DNA of 64,000 nt from a virus. The notes under the pieces were generated by a model that did not search any database, was not told where the DNA came from, and saw only the letters and a program-made list of their open reading frames with translations. Each line of letters opens with the position of its first letter. Position 1 is the stretch's first letter. The position numbers were made by a program, and so were the translations under genes. Shown in pieces: positions 10,659 to 21,098 of the stretch. The stretch is from positions 3,139 through 67,138 of the IMG/VR virus record IMGVR_UViG_3300037508_001008, one strand, 5' to 3'.

Positions 10659-11429
10659 TTAAGGCCTCGCTATAGTTTCTGTTGGATTGATGCTTGCATC
10701 TAGTGCTTCATCGTAATATTCATCTAGTAGCTGGGCGTACTGACTAGTAACCACGTCACCAAATACATTCTGTGATATCTGGATATTTCTTGCCGACACT
10801 TCTGCGCTTGTGGTTGAATTTGGATCTTGCTCTTTACTCATCTTAATTAATGGCTGTATGCCTCTAGCCATAAATGTATATGTTTGCTCTATAAATAGGT
10901 CATCTATAGATAATGTTTGACCTTCGTCTATAATTGTTACTCCAAATATTTTCATCTTAGCGTACTGGCCATATTCGTTAACTAATGTAATAATTATATC
11001 AAATGGTGGCAACATATCTGCTAAAGGTGCGAAGAAACCATTGCCACGGTATAACATTTGTCTATATTGACTAAGTCTATAAAATGCGTATTCATTAAAT
11101 ACTGCAAAAATAAGGCTTCCAGCTATTGTTCTAGCACCTTTAACAAAGCCTCTTGTATTAACATGACCCAGTGTTCTAACTGGAGAATTTTCTCTATGTA
11201 TAGAATATGATATTGTTTGTAGTTCACCAAGTTCAATAATGTCTGAACCAACTGGCTTATTATCTGGACCAATAATGGGAACAATCAATGTAGCTACTGC
11301 ATCTGCTCCGCTAAATGAAATATTTTGAAGAGTATAGTTTTGATCATAATTAACTTTATTTGGAGCGTCAGTTGTTGCATTTGTTGTCTGCGCATTCGCC
11401 TCATTAAATGTATTATATACTGTTGACAT
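10659..11429 (-). CDS. Tail tube paralog (tube initiator-like)
   Basis: SFSGAD, G.RTIAGSLIF and PPFDI..T.VNEYGQ motifs shared with 11500-12201. Confidence 0.65.
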   Translation of the reverse strand: MSTVYNTFNEANAQTTNATTDAPNKVNYDQNYTLQNISFSGADAVATLIVPIIGPDNKPVGSDIIELGELQTISYSIHRENSPVRTLGHVNTRGFVKGARTIAGSLIFAVFNEYAFYRLSQYRQMLYRGNGFFAPLADMLPPFDIIITLVNEYGQYAKMKIFGVTIIDEGQTLSIDDLFIEQTYTFMARGIQPLIKMSKEQDPNSTTSAEVSARNIQISQNVFGDVVTSQYAQLLDEYYDEALDASINPTETIARP

Positions 11430-11444
11430 ATTGCTCCTTAAATA

Positions 11445-11482
11445 AATATAGGCACGAGCTAATTAATGCCCGTGCCTATATT
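11445..11482 (-). terminator. Intrinsic terminator after the tail tube gene
   Basis: AATATAGGCACG/CGTGCCTATATT inverted repeat followed by T-rich sequence on the minus strand. Confidence 0.6.
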
Positions 11483-11499
11483 GCAGATAATTTTATAAA

Positions 11500-12201
11500 T
11501 TATGGTCTGATAATGTCTGTATTAAGATTCTTAATATTTCTTACGAAATCAGACATTGTAGGATCATCGTTATCGATCAATGGATCTGTCTTTATTGAAT
11601 ACATGGGACCAAGTTCACGAGCAACATAGGTCATTGTTTCTTCTATGACAATATCGTCCATTGATGCGCCAGATCCTTCATTTAAGAGTTCAACGCCATA
11701 AATTGATCTTACAGCTGCTTGACCATATTCGTTTACAAATGTAATTGTAATATCAAATGGGGGGATTTGGTCAGCGTAGTATGGGACCTTCTTTACAACA
11801 CTTGAACCCTGATCATTTACATCTGCAATTCCGCGGTTTTTATAGGCTGTATCACCGGGTAGTGCGTTGTGGGCTCTTGTGAAGAATTGTTGCTGAACAA
11901 CGTTTGAATTATTTCTATTTTTGTCCAACATTGTATATAGAGCTGGACGATCAAAAACTGTAAATATTAATGATCCAGCAATACCTCTTTTTCCTCTAGA
12001 AAAAGAACGAGGATTAGGGGATCCCATTGTATAAATGGGAGCTTTTTCTCTAGTTACAGAGAATGTAATTCCTGATAGTGCGCCAATTTCTATACCGCCA
12101 AACGTAGCAACAATATCTGCTCCAGAAAATGTGGTATATGTTTGTAAATATTTAGACGAACTAGTGGGTGAATAATCGTTATAGTTATCTTCTAATGCCA
12201 T
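11500..12201 (-). CDS. Tail tube protein
   Basis: Directly follows the sheath gene; beta-rich, 233 aa; followed by a terminator as expected for a high-copy protein. Confidence 0.7.
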   Translation of the reverse strand: MALEDNYNDYSPTSSSKYLQTYTTFSGADIVATFGGIEIGALSGITFSVTREKAPIYTMGSPNPRSFSRGKRGIAGSLIFTVFDRPALYTMLDKNRNNSNVVQQQFFTRAHNALPGDTAYKNRGIADVNDQGSSVVKKVPYYADQIPPFDITITFVNEYGQAAVRSIYGVELLNEGSGASMDDIVIEETMTYVARELGPMYSIKTDPLIDNDDPTMSDFVRNIKNLNTDIIRP

Positions 12202-12226
12202 CTAGGTTACCCTCCATTCGGTAATT

Positions 12227-13492
12227 TTATAGGTTGATAGCTACCTGTACTTCGATATTTCTCAACTCGAAGGCAGGTGTTAATACGAGGTCAACAATCG
12301 CTTTATTTTGAGCAGGGACATATGATACTGAGAAGTCACTGCCTAATATAGCTCCTAATAGTTGCATTCCTCTTAGTGCTGAAGTAATTGCTGTTTCCAT
12401 CGAATTTCTTGTTTGAATACTTGATGGTTCTCCAACAAAACTCTGACACACTTGTCTGACGAGCATAACTGCTTCGTCTATAATTCTCTTAGTTGACAAA
12501 CGAGTATAATCTGATGTTGACTGAGCGAATGTTAAACTTTCTCCAAATACAGCGATCTTATTAAAGTTAAGAACCACTGTGTTTACGCCCTTTATAGCTA
12601 GTGCCGACTGCTGACTTCTAGTTGGAGCGTATCTTAGTGATTGAACATTAAAGACTGGCTTATTAACTAATGAGCTATATGAAGAAAGTCTGCTTAATGT
12701 TCCTGCTAAAAATGATGCGCCATTAGAATAACCAAAATCAGTGCCACCACTAGTATAATTTACCGGCTTAAGTTCCGTTGCAACTACAGTAACATATGGT
12801 CCTAGTTCCTTCTGGTAAATTTCATTTACGTTATCATATGTGCCACTACCATCTCTATCGGCAAGGCCTGATACAGCAAGATGCGCAGCTACTTGACCTG
12901 GTGTCATTTTTTCTGCGGCTGCAATGTATGGCTTGACTCCCATTACGGCAATGCATGGATTGCTATTTTCAGAAATTGACTTAACGGCATTTGCAACTTT
13001 ATATGTCCAGCTATAGGTTAGTGTAGTGCTATTGTCTGCGTGGAATCCAAACTCATCCGAATCTGATGGTGTAGCAGTTGGAATCTCCCAGTCACTATCA
13101 TTTCCACCTCTGCCCCAAGGAATAATGATATCAGGAAGTGCTGCCTCTGCTGCATCAAACGCTTCTTGAAATACACTAATCCCACCACTTGTTAAGGAGC
13201 CTGTAGTATGATTAAATGCTGTATTGCTTGGTAGTGGAACTAAATATATTCTTTCTGCTCCCGCAATAATTAATTCAATAAAGGCTTTATGTGCGTCTGA
13301 GCCTTCTCCAAAAATTGATATTACATCAGCTTCATTTGAGGCTCTAACGACATCAAGATCTGCTATGCCACCAGTCCCATCAGCTGTACTACGGCGAGCT
13401 ATAGCGACAACTCTTGGACCAGATGGTGTATCGTTTCTTGTTACGCTATAGAATCGATCTCTAATTTTAGTAGTTACTCCAGGTATACTCAT
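12227..13492 (-). CDS. Tail sheath protein
   Basis: N-terminal IPGV; C-terminal RLSTKRIID..FVGEP..LTPAFELRNIEV typical of contractile sheath C-domains. Confidence 0.8.
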   Translation of the reverse strand: MSIPGVTTKIRDRFYSVTRNDTPSGPRVVAIARRSTADGTGGIADLDVVRASNEADVISIFGEGSDAHKAFIELIIAGAERIYLVPLPSNTAFNHTTGSLTSGGISVFQEAFDAAEAALPDIIIPWGRGGNDSDWEIPTATPSDSDEFGFHADNSTTLTYSWTYKVANAVKSISENSNPCIAVMGVKPYIAAAEKMTPGQVAAHLAVSGLADRDGSGTYDNVNEIYQKELGPYVTVVATELKPVNYTSGGTDFGYSNGASFLAGTLSRLSSYSSLVNKPVFNVQSLRYAPTRSQQSALAIKGVNTVVLNFNKIAVFGESLTFAQSTSDYTRLSTKRIIDEAVMLVRQVCQSFVGEPSSIQTRNSMETAITSALRGMQLLGAILGSDFSVSYVPAQNKAIVDLVLTPAFELRNIEVQVAINL

Positions 13493-13545
13493 GTTGACTT
13501 TTAACCTCCGGCTAAATGGAAAATCTTAGAATTAAATCTTCATTT

Positions 13546-13553
13546 ATAGTAAC
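13546..13553 (-). promoter_or_regulatory. Putative late promoter element TACTAT (also 21070, 24734, 27536, 45772)
   Basis: Same hexamer 30-70 bp upstream of the sheath, 20265-21038, protease, portal and Clp ATPase genes. Confidence 0.4.
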
Positions 13554-13608
13554 AAAAAAGTTATAAAAACAACTAGATAGACTTGTTGATTAAAATAATA
13601 TATATAAG

Positions 13609-14418
13609 TTACTGTGAATTTGGAGTTGCTGTTTTGCTTAAATCTACAATGTTTACTGATACATTTTCATAATTTGGAGTAGCTAAAGAGTTAACGTACT
13701 CAGATTCATAAGCCATCCAATTTCGTATATCTACTAAAATGCTACTAATTCTCGCATTTTCAATTGCAAAGGTTTTTTCTGTAGTTAACATATAGGTAAC
13801 AGTTCTTTTATGAATATCTGATCCATCTCGATTTATTTCAGAATCAGCTAAACGCCTAGAGTAGACTAATTCGGAAGCTCCAGCTGCCTTAAATATTGGT
13901 GTGTACTCAAGCATAAAATCTTCAAAAGCTTCAGTAATTTGATCACACATGACTGCAGCATCCATGTCGTCGGATGTAATTCCTGGATTGCTACCCTGAA
14001 GAGTGGTAATTCTCATCATAGGAGAAAATGAGACTATATTTTGATATTTTTGCCCATATATAGTATACCTATTATTTTCTACGTTTTGACGCATTCTTGG
14101 TTTAGGTTCTACTGTATGAGTTTTTCTTAATTCTAATGCATATCCTATAATTGATGTAATATCTTTTCCATTAACCTGCTGTGAGAATGTATCTAAATTA
14201 ACCCCAACTGGAACAACCGGAATAGAAGGATGACTTTCTTCCCATACTTTTTTAACTAAAGATATAAATTGCAAATAGTTTAGAGAACCTGGATATAATT
14301 CTTCTACTCCACCAATATTTAATCTAATTCCTGGAGATTGCAAATGTGCTTGACCAGGAACGCCTTCCCATCTTGAGGAAATTGAACTAGTTGGAAAAAC
14401 TCTATTATAATATACCAT
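13609..14418 (-). CDS. Tail completion/terminator-like virion protein
   Basis: Position between neck genes and sheath; no diagnostic motif. Confidence 0.4.
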   Translation of the reverse strand: MVYYNRVFPTSSISSRWEGVPGQAHLQSPGIRLNIGGVEELYPGSLNYLQFISLVKKVWEESHPSIPVVPVGVNLDTFSQQVNGKDITSIIGYALELRKTHTVEPKPRMRQNVENNRYTIYGQKYQNIVSFSPMMRITTLQGSNPGITSDDMDAAVMCDQITEAFEDFMLEYTPIFKAAGASELVYSRRLADSEINRDGSDIHKRTVTYMLTTEKTFAIENARISSILVDIRNWMAYESEYVNSLATPNYENVSVNIVDLSKTATPNSQ

Positions 14419-16013
14419 TATGCACCGGGTCCTGCAGCTATTCTAAAATCGATTTTTTTAAGTCCAAGCGCAGATAGTAGTTCTATGTATACAAACATTT
14501 TTCCAGGATCATTAACTGCTACTTGTCTATTAAGTGAAAAATCCAAAATTATATTATCAGATTTCATTGAACGTAATAATTTATTAAGTTTATCCATAAA
14601 TACATCATGACCAAACTTACCTATACTTTCATACGCGTAGTCTTTAGCCATATTAACCACATAGCCTACTAATCTCATTTGTGCAGCTTTTTGGAGTGTG
14701 CTATTTGACTTTGCCATTGTATAATCATTTGTTAGATATACCTCAAACGGTATTGATCTTTTAGTTTTTTTGCCACGATATATTGTATTGATCCCAATAT
14801 TTTCTAATCTTCTAAAATCCTGTTGAGATAAATCTGAACCATATAAAGACATTAATCCTGGCACCCTAGCTCTTATTAGAGATCTGTTTAATGGATTACT
14901 AGCCAATAGTCCAGCGTAGGCTGCTGCCATATTTGATATATAGGAACTATTTATTTGTGAGTGTTGAAAGACACCTTCACCATATACTGGAATGACAAAC
15001 CGTCCATTGTCTGATAGGACAGTATTGTCTATATTGTACTCTGTAAGCTTATCTGTAATTATTTCATCTGCTTCTAAAAAGTCAATATCCACTGAATTGA
15101 CGCCACCGGATCTAGAACCAATTATACCCATCTGGACATATCCTGTTGTATTATGAAAGTCCGCGCAGTAATCTGCTAATTGTGTAATAAAATCAACACC
15201 ATTAGTTTTTAGTATTGAAGTTTCTAAGGGAACAATTATATCTACAAAATCAAGATCTTTAATTATTGAATATGTTTCCTCTAATCTTTCATAATATTTT
15301 TCATAAAAAGTATATGAAGAAGGTGTCGCATTTTGTAGATCAAATATTGTAGTTGGAATATTTTTTTCATAAAATTTTTCGACATACTCTAACATAGGGG
15401 CTGCCGCACAAATCATTATATCTCTAGCTCCTGCTGCGTATGCGTCAAAAACGCCTCTTAGTAGAGGAGACTTTAAGTCTGCGCCTAAAAGATCTACCGC
15501 TTGTTGAACTGTTTTTATTTCAACTGGTACATTTAATTCTATATTATTTGCATGCCCGATTAATAAAATAGTTGACGTATTTCCTGCTGACAGTTGTGCA
15601 TATCGTGGTTGATAATTTATAACAGTACTTTTTTCAGAGTTAACTATAACTGGAGATAAAGTAATTGGATCACCTTTTACTTCAAAATTAGATGTAACTA
15701 CAAGTTGTGAAGCTGAGTCTGAAGTTCTGGCTAATACAGTATATGTACCATTAAATAATGTACTGGGAATTCTATAATTAAATGTAAATTCGTATGTGTT
15801 TGATTTTTCAATGTATGCGTCAGTATTTGGTGTAGAGTTTTGACTCCAGTATGAATATGGGCCATCTATTACTGGTCCAGAACCATCTGCCCCTCTAAGG
15901 ATTGTTGTATACAAATCTGATGGACTTGCAACTGAGGTTGGATCGTACGGTAAACCTCTAGAGGTAAATATAAATTTAAATTTAACTAATTGACCTCTTT
16001 GTAATACTAGCAT
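14418..16013 (-). CDS. Second sheath-like protein with N-terminal Ig-like domain
   Basis: LIGHA..EIKTVQQAVDLLG..SPL.RGVFDAYAAGA and C-terminal GINTI..QMRLV..LGLKKIDF resemble sheath; start probably MLVLQ at 16013. Confidence 0.55.
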   Translation of the reverse strand: MLVLQRGQLVKFKFIFTSRGLPYDPTSVASPSDLYTTILRGADGSGPVIDGPYSYWSQNSTPNTDAYIEKSNTYEFTFNYRIPSTLFNGTYTVLARTSDSASQLVVTSNFEVKGDPITLSPVIVNSEKSTVINYQPRYAQLSAGNTSTILLIGHANNIELNVPVEIKTVQQAVDLLGADLKSPLLRGVFDAYAAGARDIMICAAAPMLEYVEKFYEKNIPTTIFDLQNATPSSYTFYEKYYERLEETYSIIKDLDFVDIIVPLETSILKTNGVDFITQLADYCADFHNTTGYVQMGIIGSRSGGVNSVDIDFLEADEIITDKLTEYNIDNTVLSDNGRFVIPVYGEGVFQHSQINSSYISNMAAAYAGLLASNPLNRSLIRARVPGLMSLYGSDLSQQDFRRLENIGINTIYRGKKTKRSIPFEVYLTNDYTMAKSNSTLQKAAQMRLVGYVVNMAKDYAYESIGKFGHDVFMDKLNKLLRSMKSDNIILDFSLNRQVAVNDPGKMFVYIELLSALGLKKIDFRIAAGPGA

Positions 16014-16014
16014 T

Positions 16015-16386
16015 TCACTTCTCTCTTGTAGCTCCAACTACCCAATAGTTAATTTCACCTAGTCTACCTCTAATAGCGGAAACTGTATCTATCCTGAAGA
16101 CAGTATAATTTTTATTTACTTTTAAAGAATAATTTTCATATATTCTATCACCTTCTTTAGGTGATATATGCTTTTCGAAGTAATAGACTGCATCATAGTT
16201 TGATACTATCCCTTCGGGCATTTCTTGTGTAGAGTTAGCGTTTGTCATACCTGACTGTCCAACTTGACGAGTTGTTACTCTTTCAAATTGATCAGAATGA
16301 TTTCCATTTGATAACATTCGCTGAAAATAAATATCATGTCCCCACTCGCGCATTACTTTTCTAAATGCTCGCTTAGCGTCAATCAT
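16015..16386 (-). CDS. Head closure/stopper-like protein
   Basis: 123 aa beta-rich protein with PKEGDRI motif, after the adaptor gene. Confidence 0.5.
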   Translation of the reverse strand: MIDAKRAFRKVMREWGHDIYFQRMLSNGNHSDQFERVTTRQVGQSGMTNANSTQEMPEGIVSNYDAVYYFEKHISPKEGDRIYENYSLKVNKNYTVFRIDTVSAIRGRLGEINYWVVGATREK

Positions 16387-17266
16387 AGCTCTTCAACCCC
16401 CTCTTTGGCATAGGGTCATCTTTAGATATTATGGTTGTTCCTGGGCCATATAATTCTTTATCTGATAGATATATTGTTTTTCCAGTTAATGGATCTATAT
16501 TTGTACCAGTTGAAACACTTGGTAAATTTTTTGGCGTAAATGATCTTGGTGAGACTTTATTTGCTAAAATTTCTTTTCTTAAAGCTGTTGCTATCTGACA
16601 CCATGTCGTTGCATTATCCCTAGTTACCACTCTTCTAGGAAGTGATCTATTTGTAATATTAAAATCACCCAATCTTAGCGAAACTTCATCATCTCCACCA
16701 AATCCATAAGTTCTACTTAACTCACATGCAGTTGCCGCTTTTATGTATTCTAAAACTGTAAAAGATAAATTAGTTCCATCTTCTTCATCCAAAAGACCAT
16801 ATAATGATTTAATTTCATTTGAGTAATTATGTATAATTTCTCCTATTTCCAATAAAGACGCGTCTGGAAAATATGGAATTAATGTTTCGGGATCAAGATA
16901 TAATGGATCTACATTTGGGGCAAAAATAATTGTTTCTTCATTTTTTAATATAATAGTTGGTTGATATTCTTCGCTGACAGAACTAACATATAGTTTTTGC
17001 TCAACAACTACATTATTTCCAGAAGATAAAGTTCCAGTAAATTTAACAGTATATGTATCAGCTAAACTTGGTGTATAGTCATAGTAAAATATTGATGAGG
17101 TTGATTGAGTTGCATTAGTTGCAACTATTGTTGTTCCACTTGAGTTTTTAATAGTTACGCTGACAGTGCTGGGCGACAACTCAACTTCTAGTCCATTGGA
17201 ATCTATATCTTTAAATTTTACAGTTACTCTAACCGTATCACTAACTACAACTCTATCTGTTGACAT
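16379..17266 (-). CDS. Head-tail adaptor-like protein with N-terminal Ig-like domain
   Basis: C-terminal helical part with SLRLGDFNIT hairpin typical of adaptors; position after head genes. Confidence 0.5.
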   Translation of the reverse strand: MSTDRVVVSDTVRVTVKFKDIDSNGLEVELSPSTVSVTIKNSSGTTIVATNATQSTSSIFYYDYTPSLADTYTVKFTGTLSSGNNVVVEQKLYVSSVSEEYQPTIILKNEETIIFAPNVDPLYLDPETLIPYFPDASLLEIGEIIHNYSNEIKSLYGLLDEEDGTNLSFTVLEYIKAATACELSRTYGFGGDDEVSLRLGDFNITNRSLPRRVVTRDNATTWCQIATALRKEILANKVSPRSFTPKNLPSVSTGTNIDPLTGKTIYLSDKELYGPGTTIISKDDPMPKRGLKSYD

Positions 17267-17280
17267 TTTTACCTCTTAGT

Positions 17281-17733
17281 TCATGCGTTAGATATAATAG
17301 TAACGTTTACTGTGCCTGCTGAGTTATTCTCTAAGATAATACTTTCTGCGTTGGAGATTGCATATACGTCATTTTTATTAACTGATATGGCAAAGACACC
17401 GGCGCTGTATGATTCCTGACTACCCACACTTGCTAATGCAAACGCATCTGCATTAATTTTATTTATCTCAGAAGACCCATAGCCATCAAACTGAGCAAAT
17501 GAGATCGTAGAGATCGTTTCACTATTCTCTACTATCCCAGTAGAGCCTATTATGTTATGAGTATCTACAAAAACTAATGTGCTATTTACAGACGGTGGTG
17601 ATATGACGATAACGCCTAATACTTTTAGGCCACCAAAATTAGTAGTTAATCCAAAAGACTGAGGAGAAACTACATATACACCACTGTAATTGAAATGATC
17701 TTGATTATAGGCTATATCTCCATTGTAGAGCAT
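17281..17733 (-). CDS. Hypothetical virion protein
   Basis: In-operon beta-rich ORF. Confidence 0.5.
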   Translation of the reverse strand: MLYNGDIAYNQDHFNYSGVYVVSPQSFGLTTNFGGLKVLGVIVISPPSVNSTLVFVDTHNIIGSTGIVENSETISTISFAQFDGYGSSEINKINADAFALASVGSQESYSAGVFAISVNKNDVYAISNAESIILENNSAGTVNVTIISNA

Positions 17734-17746
17734 CTACATCCTTTAA

Positions 17747-19504
17747 TTAGAATGTTCCACCATCAATGGAGAAACCACTTAATGTACTGCTATTTCCGTA
17801 CAATGCGCCTGAGACTCCGATTCCACCAGTTACAACTAAGGTGCCAGTTGTATAAGATGATGACGCAGTTGCTGCAGTAAATGTTGTAGCACCGTTTGAG
17901 GTTAAGGTAGTGAAAGCTCCTGTGCCTTTAGTTGTTGCGCCTATATTGGACGAATCAATTGTCTTATTTGTAAGACTTTCAGATCCAGCTAAAGTGGCAA
18001 GAGTTCCAGATGTTGGAAGAGTTACGCCTGTTGTTCCAGTCGAGGTAAAGGTTATTGCATTAGCTCCAGATGTAACAAGGTTGCCACCAAGAGTAATGGT
18101 ACTAGCTCCATTGTTTACTCCGGTTCCACCATAAGTTGAACCGATTACTGTGCCATTCCAAGTCCCAGTTGCAATTGTTCCAACTGAAGTAAGGCTTGAG
18201 GCAGTCACTCCTGAGCCAAGAGTAGAACCAGAGAGTACAGAAGTCCCTGCAATCAACAATGACTTGCCAGTCAGAAGATTAAGATTTTCTGAAGACGTCC
18301 ATGCGTCAGTTGCGTCAACCCAGTTAAAAGTCTTGTCTGTATCACCCTTAAGAGTGATGCCACCACCATCGGCACCTGCGTCTGTCGGAGAGGCGCTTGA
18401 GCCAAGTTCAAGATTCTTATCGTCAACAGTTACGGTAGTTGAATTGATTGTAGTTGTTGTACCGTTAACTGTTAGATCGCCGGAAAGGACAAGGGACGTG
18501 CCAGTGGCAGCGCCGATATTTGGTGTTACAAGCGTTGGCGTGTTAGCAAATACAAGTGCTCCAGTACCAGTTTCATCCGATATAATTCCAGCAAGTTCTG
18601 CTGAGGAAGTTGCTGCAAAATCCGAAAGCTTATTATTAGTAAGTGCAACCGTACCTGTTGCATCTGGCAGAGTGATAGTGCGGTCTGCAGTTGGATCTGT
18701 GACTGCAAGAGTTGTTTCAAAGTCATTTGCAGTTGCACCTTCAAAAACCATGCTTCCACTATTGAGTGTAAGCCCTGCAAATGTTACACTTGCAGAGGTT
18801 GCTACATCTTGACCAATAGACAATGAGTGAGTTGTCCCCTCACCTGTTGTTGCTGCAGAAGAAGTAACACCAGTTCCACCAGTTATTGTTGCTACATAGT
18901 TTCCTGAAGTATTAGTTCCAAGCGCAATTTCTATAGTTGTAGAACTTGCTGCGATTAAACGACCCTGGGCGTCAACCGTGAAGCTACCGACTGAGGCAGC
19001 ACCGCCGTATGAACCAGCAGTAACTGTTGTATTGTCAAGATTTAGTGTTATGGTATTTGTAGATGATGCTATTGATGAAAGCCCAGTTCCACCTGATATG
19101 GTTACAGTCTCCGCGTCGTCAATTGTCTGCGATGTTCCAGAATCACCTGCTAAAGTAAAGTTATATGTAGCAGCTACGACAGCTGCATCCACATATCCTG
19201 TTGTTGCAACTTTAGTGCTATTGTCCCCGGCTGTTTGTGTTGTTGCAGTTGCAGAAGATCCTAAGGCTACTGTTCCAGAAAATGTTTTATTTCCAGTAAT
19301 AGTTTGAGTCCCAGTGAGGTCGACATATGCGCCTTTACCACCGATTGCTTCAACGGTAGTCGCAATTCCACCAACTCCACCAGTTCCCTTACCATAATAA
19401 AGGGTATCATCTACTTCATTATATGCGAGTTCTGCATTTTCCAGACTGCTTGGTGCACCAGAAGCTCCTGATGCCCTTCTTTTAATTCTGATTGTATTAG
19501 CCAT
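17747..19504 (-). CDS. Fibre protein (possibly a head or neck fibre)
   Basis: Thr/Gly/Ser-rich fibre repeats (TVDAQGRL, ETLTNKT-like); N-terminal IRIKRR..GAP..L...ELAYN; C-terminal IDGGTF. Confidence 0.7.
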   Translation of the reverse strand: MANTIRIKRRASGASGAPSSLENAELAYNEVDDTLYYGKGTGGVGGIATTVEAIGGKGAYVDLTGTQTITGNKTFSGTVALGSSATATTQTAGDNSTKVATTGYVDAAVVAATYNFTLAGDSGTSQTIDDAETVTISGGTGLSSIASSTNTITLNLDNTTVTAGSYGGAASVGSFTVDAQGRLIAASSTTIEIALGTNTSGNYVATITGGTGVTSSAATTGEGTTHSLSIGQDVATSASVTFAGLTLNSGSMVFEGATANDFETTLAVTDPTADRTITLPDATGTVALTNNKLSDFAATSSAELAGIISDETGTGALVFANTPTLVTPNIGAATGTSLVLSGDLTVNGTTTTINSTTVTVDDKNLELGSSASPTDAGADGGGITLKGDTDKTFNWVDATDAWTSSENLNLLTGKSLLIAGTSVLSGSTLGSGVTASSLTSVGTIATGTWNGTVIGSTYGGTGVNNGASTITLGGNLVTSGANAITFTSTGTTGVTLPTSGTLATLAGSESLTNKTIDSSNIGATTKGTGAFTTLTSNGATTFTAATASSSYTTGTLVVTGGIGVSGALYGNSSTLSGFSIDGGTF

Positions 19505-19506
19505 TG

Positions 19507-19845
19507 TTAAAAGTTTCCTCCATCAACAAGATTTTCTTCATTATAATTAACCCAAACTGAGCCATTGTAACGTAAAACATCACCAGGATTAACTGTTGAT
19601 ATAGTAACATCGGTTAAACCATTTAAAACGGATTGTGTAGTAATTGCAGTTTCTGCAGATATTATTCTATCTTTAACTGTTAAATGACTGCCCGCTGGAT
19701 TTAATCCGATAACCGTCTGCATGGCCTCAATGGCGTCATTTGCATTAGCGTGCTGTTGATGGTGAGGTACCGTTACTGAATTAAGCGCATCAGATGATGT
19801 AGGATTGATCAATACGTCCAATGCTGCGGGATACTGGGTGGTCAT
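19507..19845 (-). CDS. Small fibre-associated virion protein
   Basis: YPAALD, NDAIEA.Q..IG, LNGLTDV..GDVLRYNGSVWVN motifs common in fibre proteins; C-terminal VDGGNF. Confidence 0.55.
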   Translation of the reverse strand: MTTQYPAALDVLINPTSSDALNSVTVPHHQQHANANDAIEAMQTVIGLNPAGSHLTVKDRIISAETAITTQSVLNGLTDVTISTVNPGDVLRYNGSVWVNYNEENLVDGGNF

Positions 19846-19854
19846 AAAAATCCT

Positions 19855-20265
19855 TTATAAACTAAATATTTTATATTGTTCGTTACTCCAATTAATTGTG
19901 ATGGAGATAGGACTAGCACTAGAAGATACTGGAAGTCCAGTAGCTGTATCTATGTAGGCTAAAAGTCTTGATGTAGATCTAACTCCAGTATCTTTATATA
20001 AAACTAGATAGGCAAAACCGCTAGTCCCGTAATCTTCTATTGTAATATTATCAGCATCAAAGACACCAGATGCTGTTGTTTTTCCGCTTAATAAACTAGT
20101 AGTTGCTGCGACTGAATCTTCACTAATGCTTGATAAGAATTCATGTGTACTTAAATTTACTGTATAAGTATTTTTTACTAATGCAATTTTTAAGTTATTG
20201 TCAGTCAGGTCAAATAAACCCTCTAGTAGGCCTTCTTTCCCTTTTGCATATAGTGCATTTGCCAT
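19855..20265 (-). CDS. Virion structural protein
   Basis: LKIALV..FDADNIT..LLAYID pattern of small phage structural proteins. Confidence 0.55.
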   Translation of the reverse strand: MANALYAKGKEGLLEGLFDLTDNNLKIALVKNTYTVNLSTHEFLSSISEDSVAATTSLLSGKTTASGVFDADNITIEDYGTSGFAYLVLYKDTGVRSTSRLLAYIDTATGLPVSSSASPISITINWSNEQYKIFSL

Positions 20266-21038
20266 TATATGCCAACTTCCGAAGAGACAATAACTCTATA
20301 TTTATAGCCTTTTTCGAAATAAGTTTTATCATCAATATAGAAAACGGGTGTAGCGTCTGTAGATGGGAAATCTACATATACATCTGGTTTCCATGAGTGC
20401 ATTGATATATTTGTATCTACATTTTCCCATCTTGATGGAGTCTTTTGTATCTTTTTGCGCTGCGCTTTAAAGTATTTAGAGATCAAAAAGTTTGAAGCTG
20501 GTCGAGAACTAAATGTAATTGTTACCCTACCATTATTCTCATCATTTGCTAGATAAAAATCTCCAGCCGTTGGATTAGTTGATATTATATAAAAATCTGG
20601 GTTTTTTGCTAATATTTGATATCCAGTTTCAATATCTGCTCTAACAGACTTATCTTCTATTAAAACTTCATTAAGAACTGTAGCTTTACTGTCAGTAAGA
20701 ATCGAAGGTGTCGCTGCGCTAGTCTGGCTTGTAAAGGTTATTTTTTCTTCTGGAATTATAAAACCTGAAGAGTCTAATAAATTTGTTATTTTAAGAACAT
20801 AATCTGTGTTTGGCTGTAATACTATATCCCAATATAAAGTTAAAGTTCTACTAATCTGATTATAGTCAGTTATTGTATTTATTACCTTAAATGGAGAAAC
20901 TAGTTGAACTGGTGTTGCGGTATCTGTATTTACAGTAAAATTGGCATCTACTATCGAAGATATCTTAATAGTTCTTCCAAACTTAATGTTAACTGTATTT
21001 ACTGTTACAGTTGCATTATCAATCAAATATAGTGCCAC
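20265..21038 (-). CDS. Ig-like domain virion protein
   Basis: Two beta-sandwich-like repeats (LQPNTDYVLKI, FEKGYKYRVIVS); GTG start at 21038 fits RBS spacing. Confidence 0.55.
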   Translation of the reverse strand: MALYLIDNATVTVNTVNIKFGRTIKISSIVDANFTVNTDTATPVQLVSPFKVINTITDYNQISRTLTLYWDIVLQPNTDYVLKITNLLDSSGFIIPEEKITFTSQTSAATPSILTDSKATVLNEVLIEDKSVRADIETGYQILAKNPDFYIISTNPTAGDFYLANDENNGRVTITFSSRPASNFLISKYFKAQRKKIQKTPSRWENVDTNISMHSWKPDVYVDFPSTDATPVFYIDDKTYFEKGYKYRVIVSSEVGI

Positions 21039-21098
21039 TTTACACACTCCATAATACGCATCTATTTTAATAGTAACAAATTAATGCAATTAATAGCA

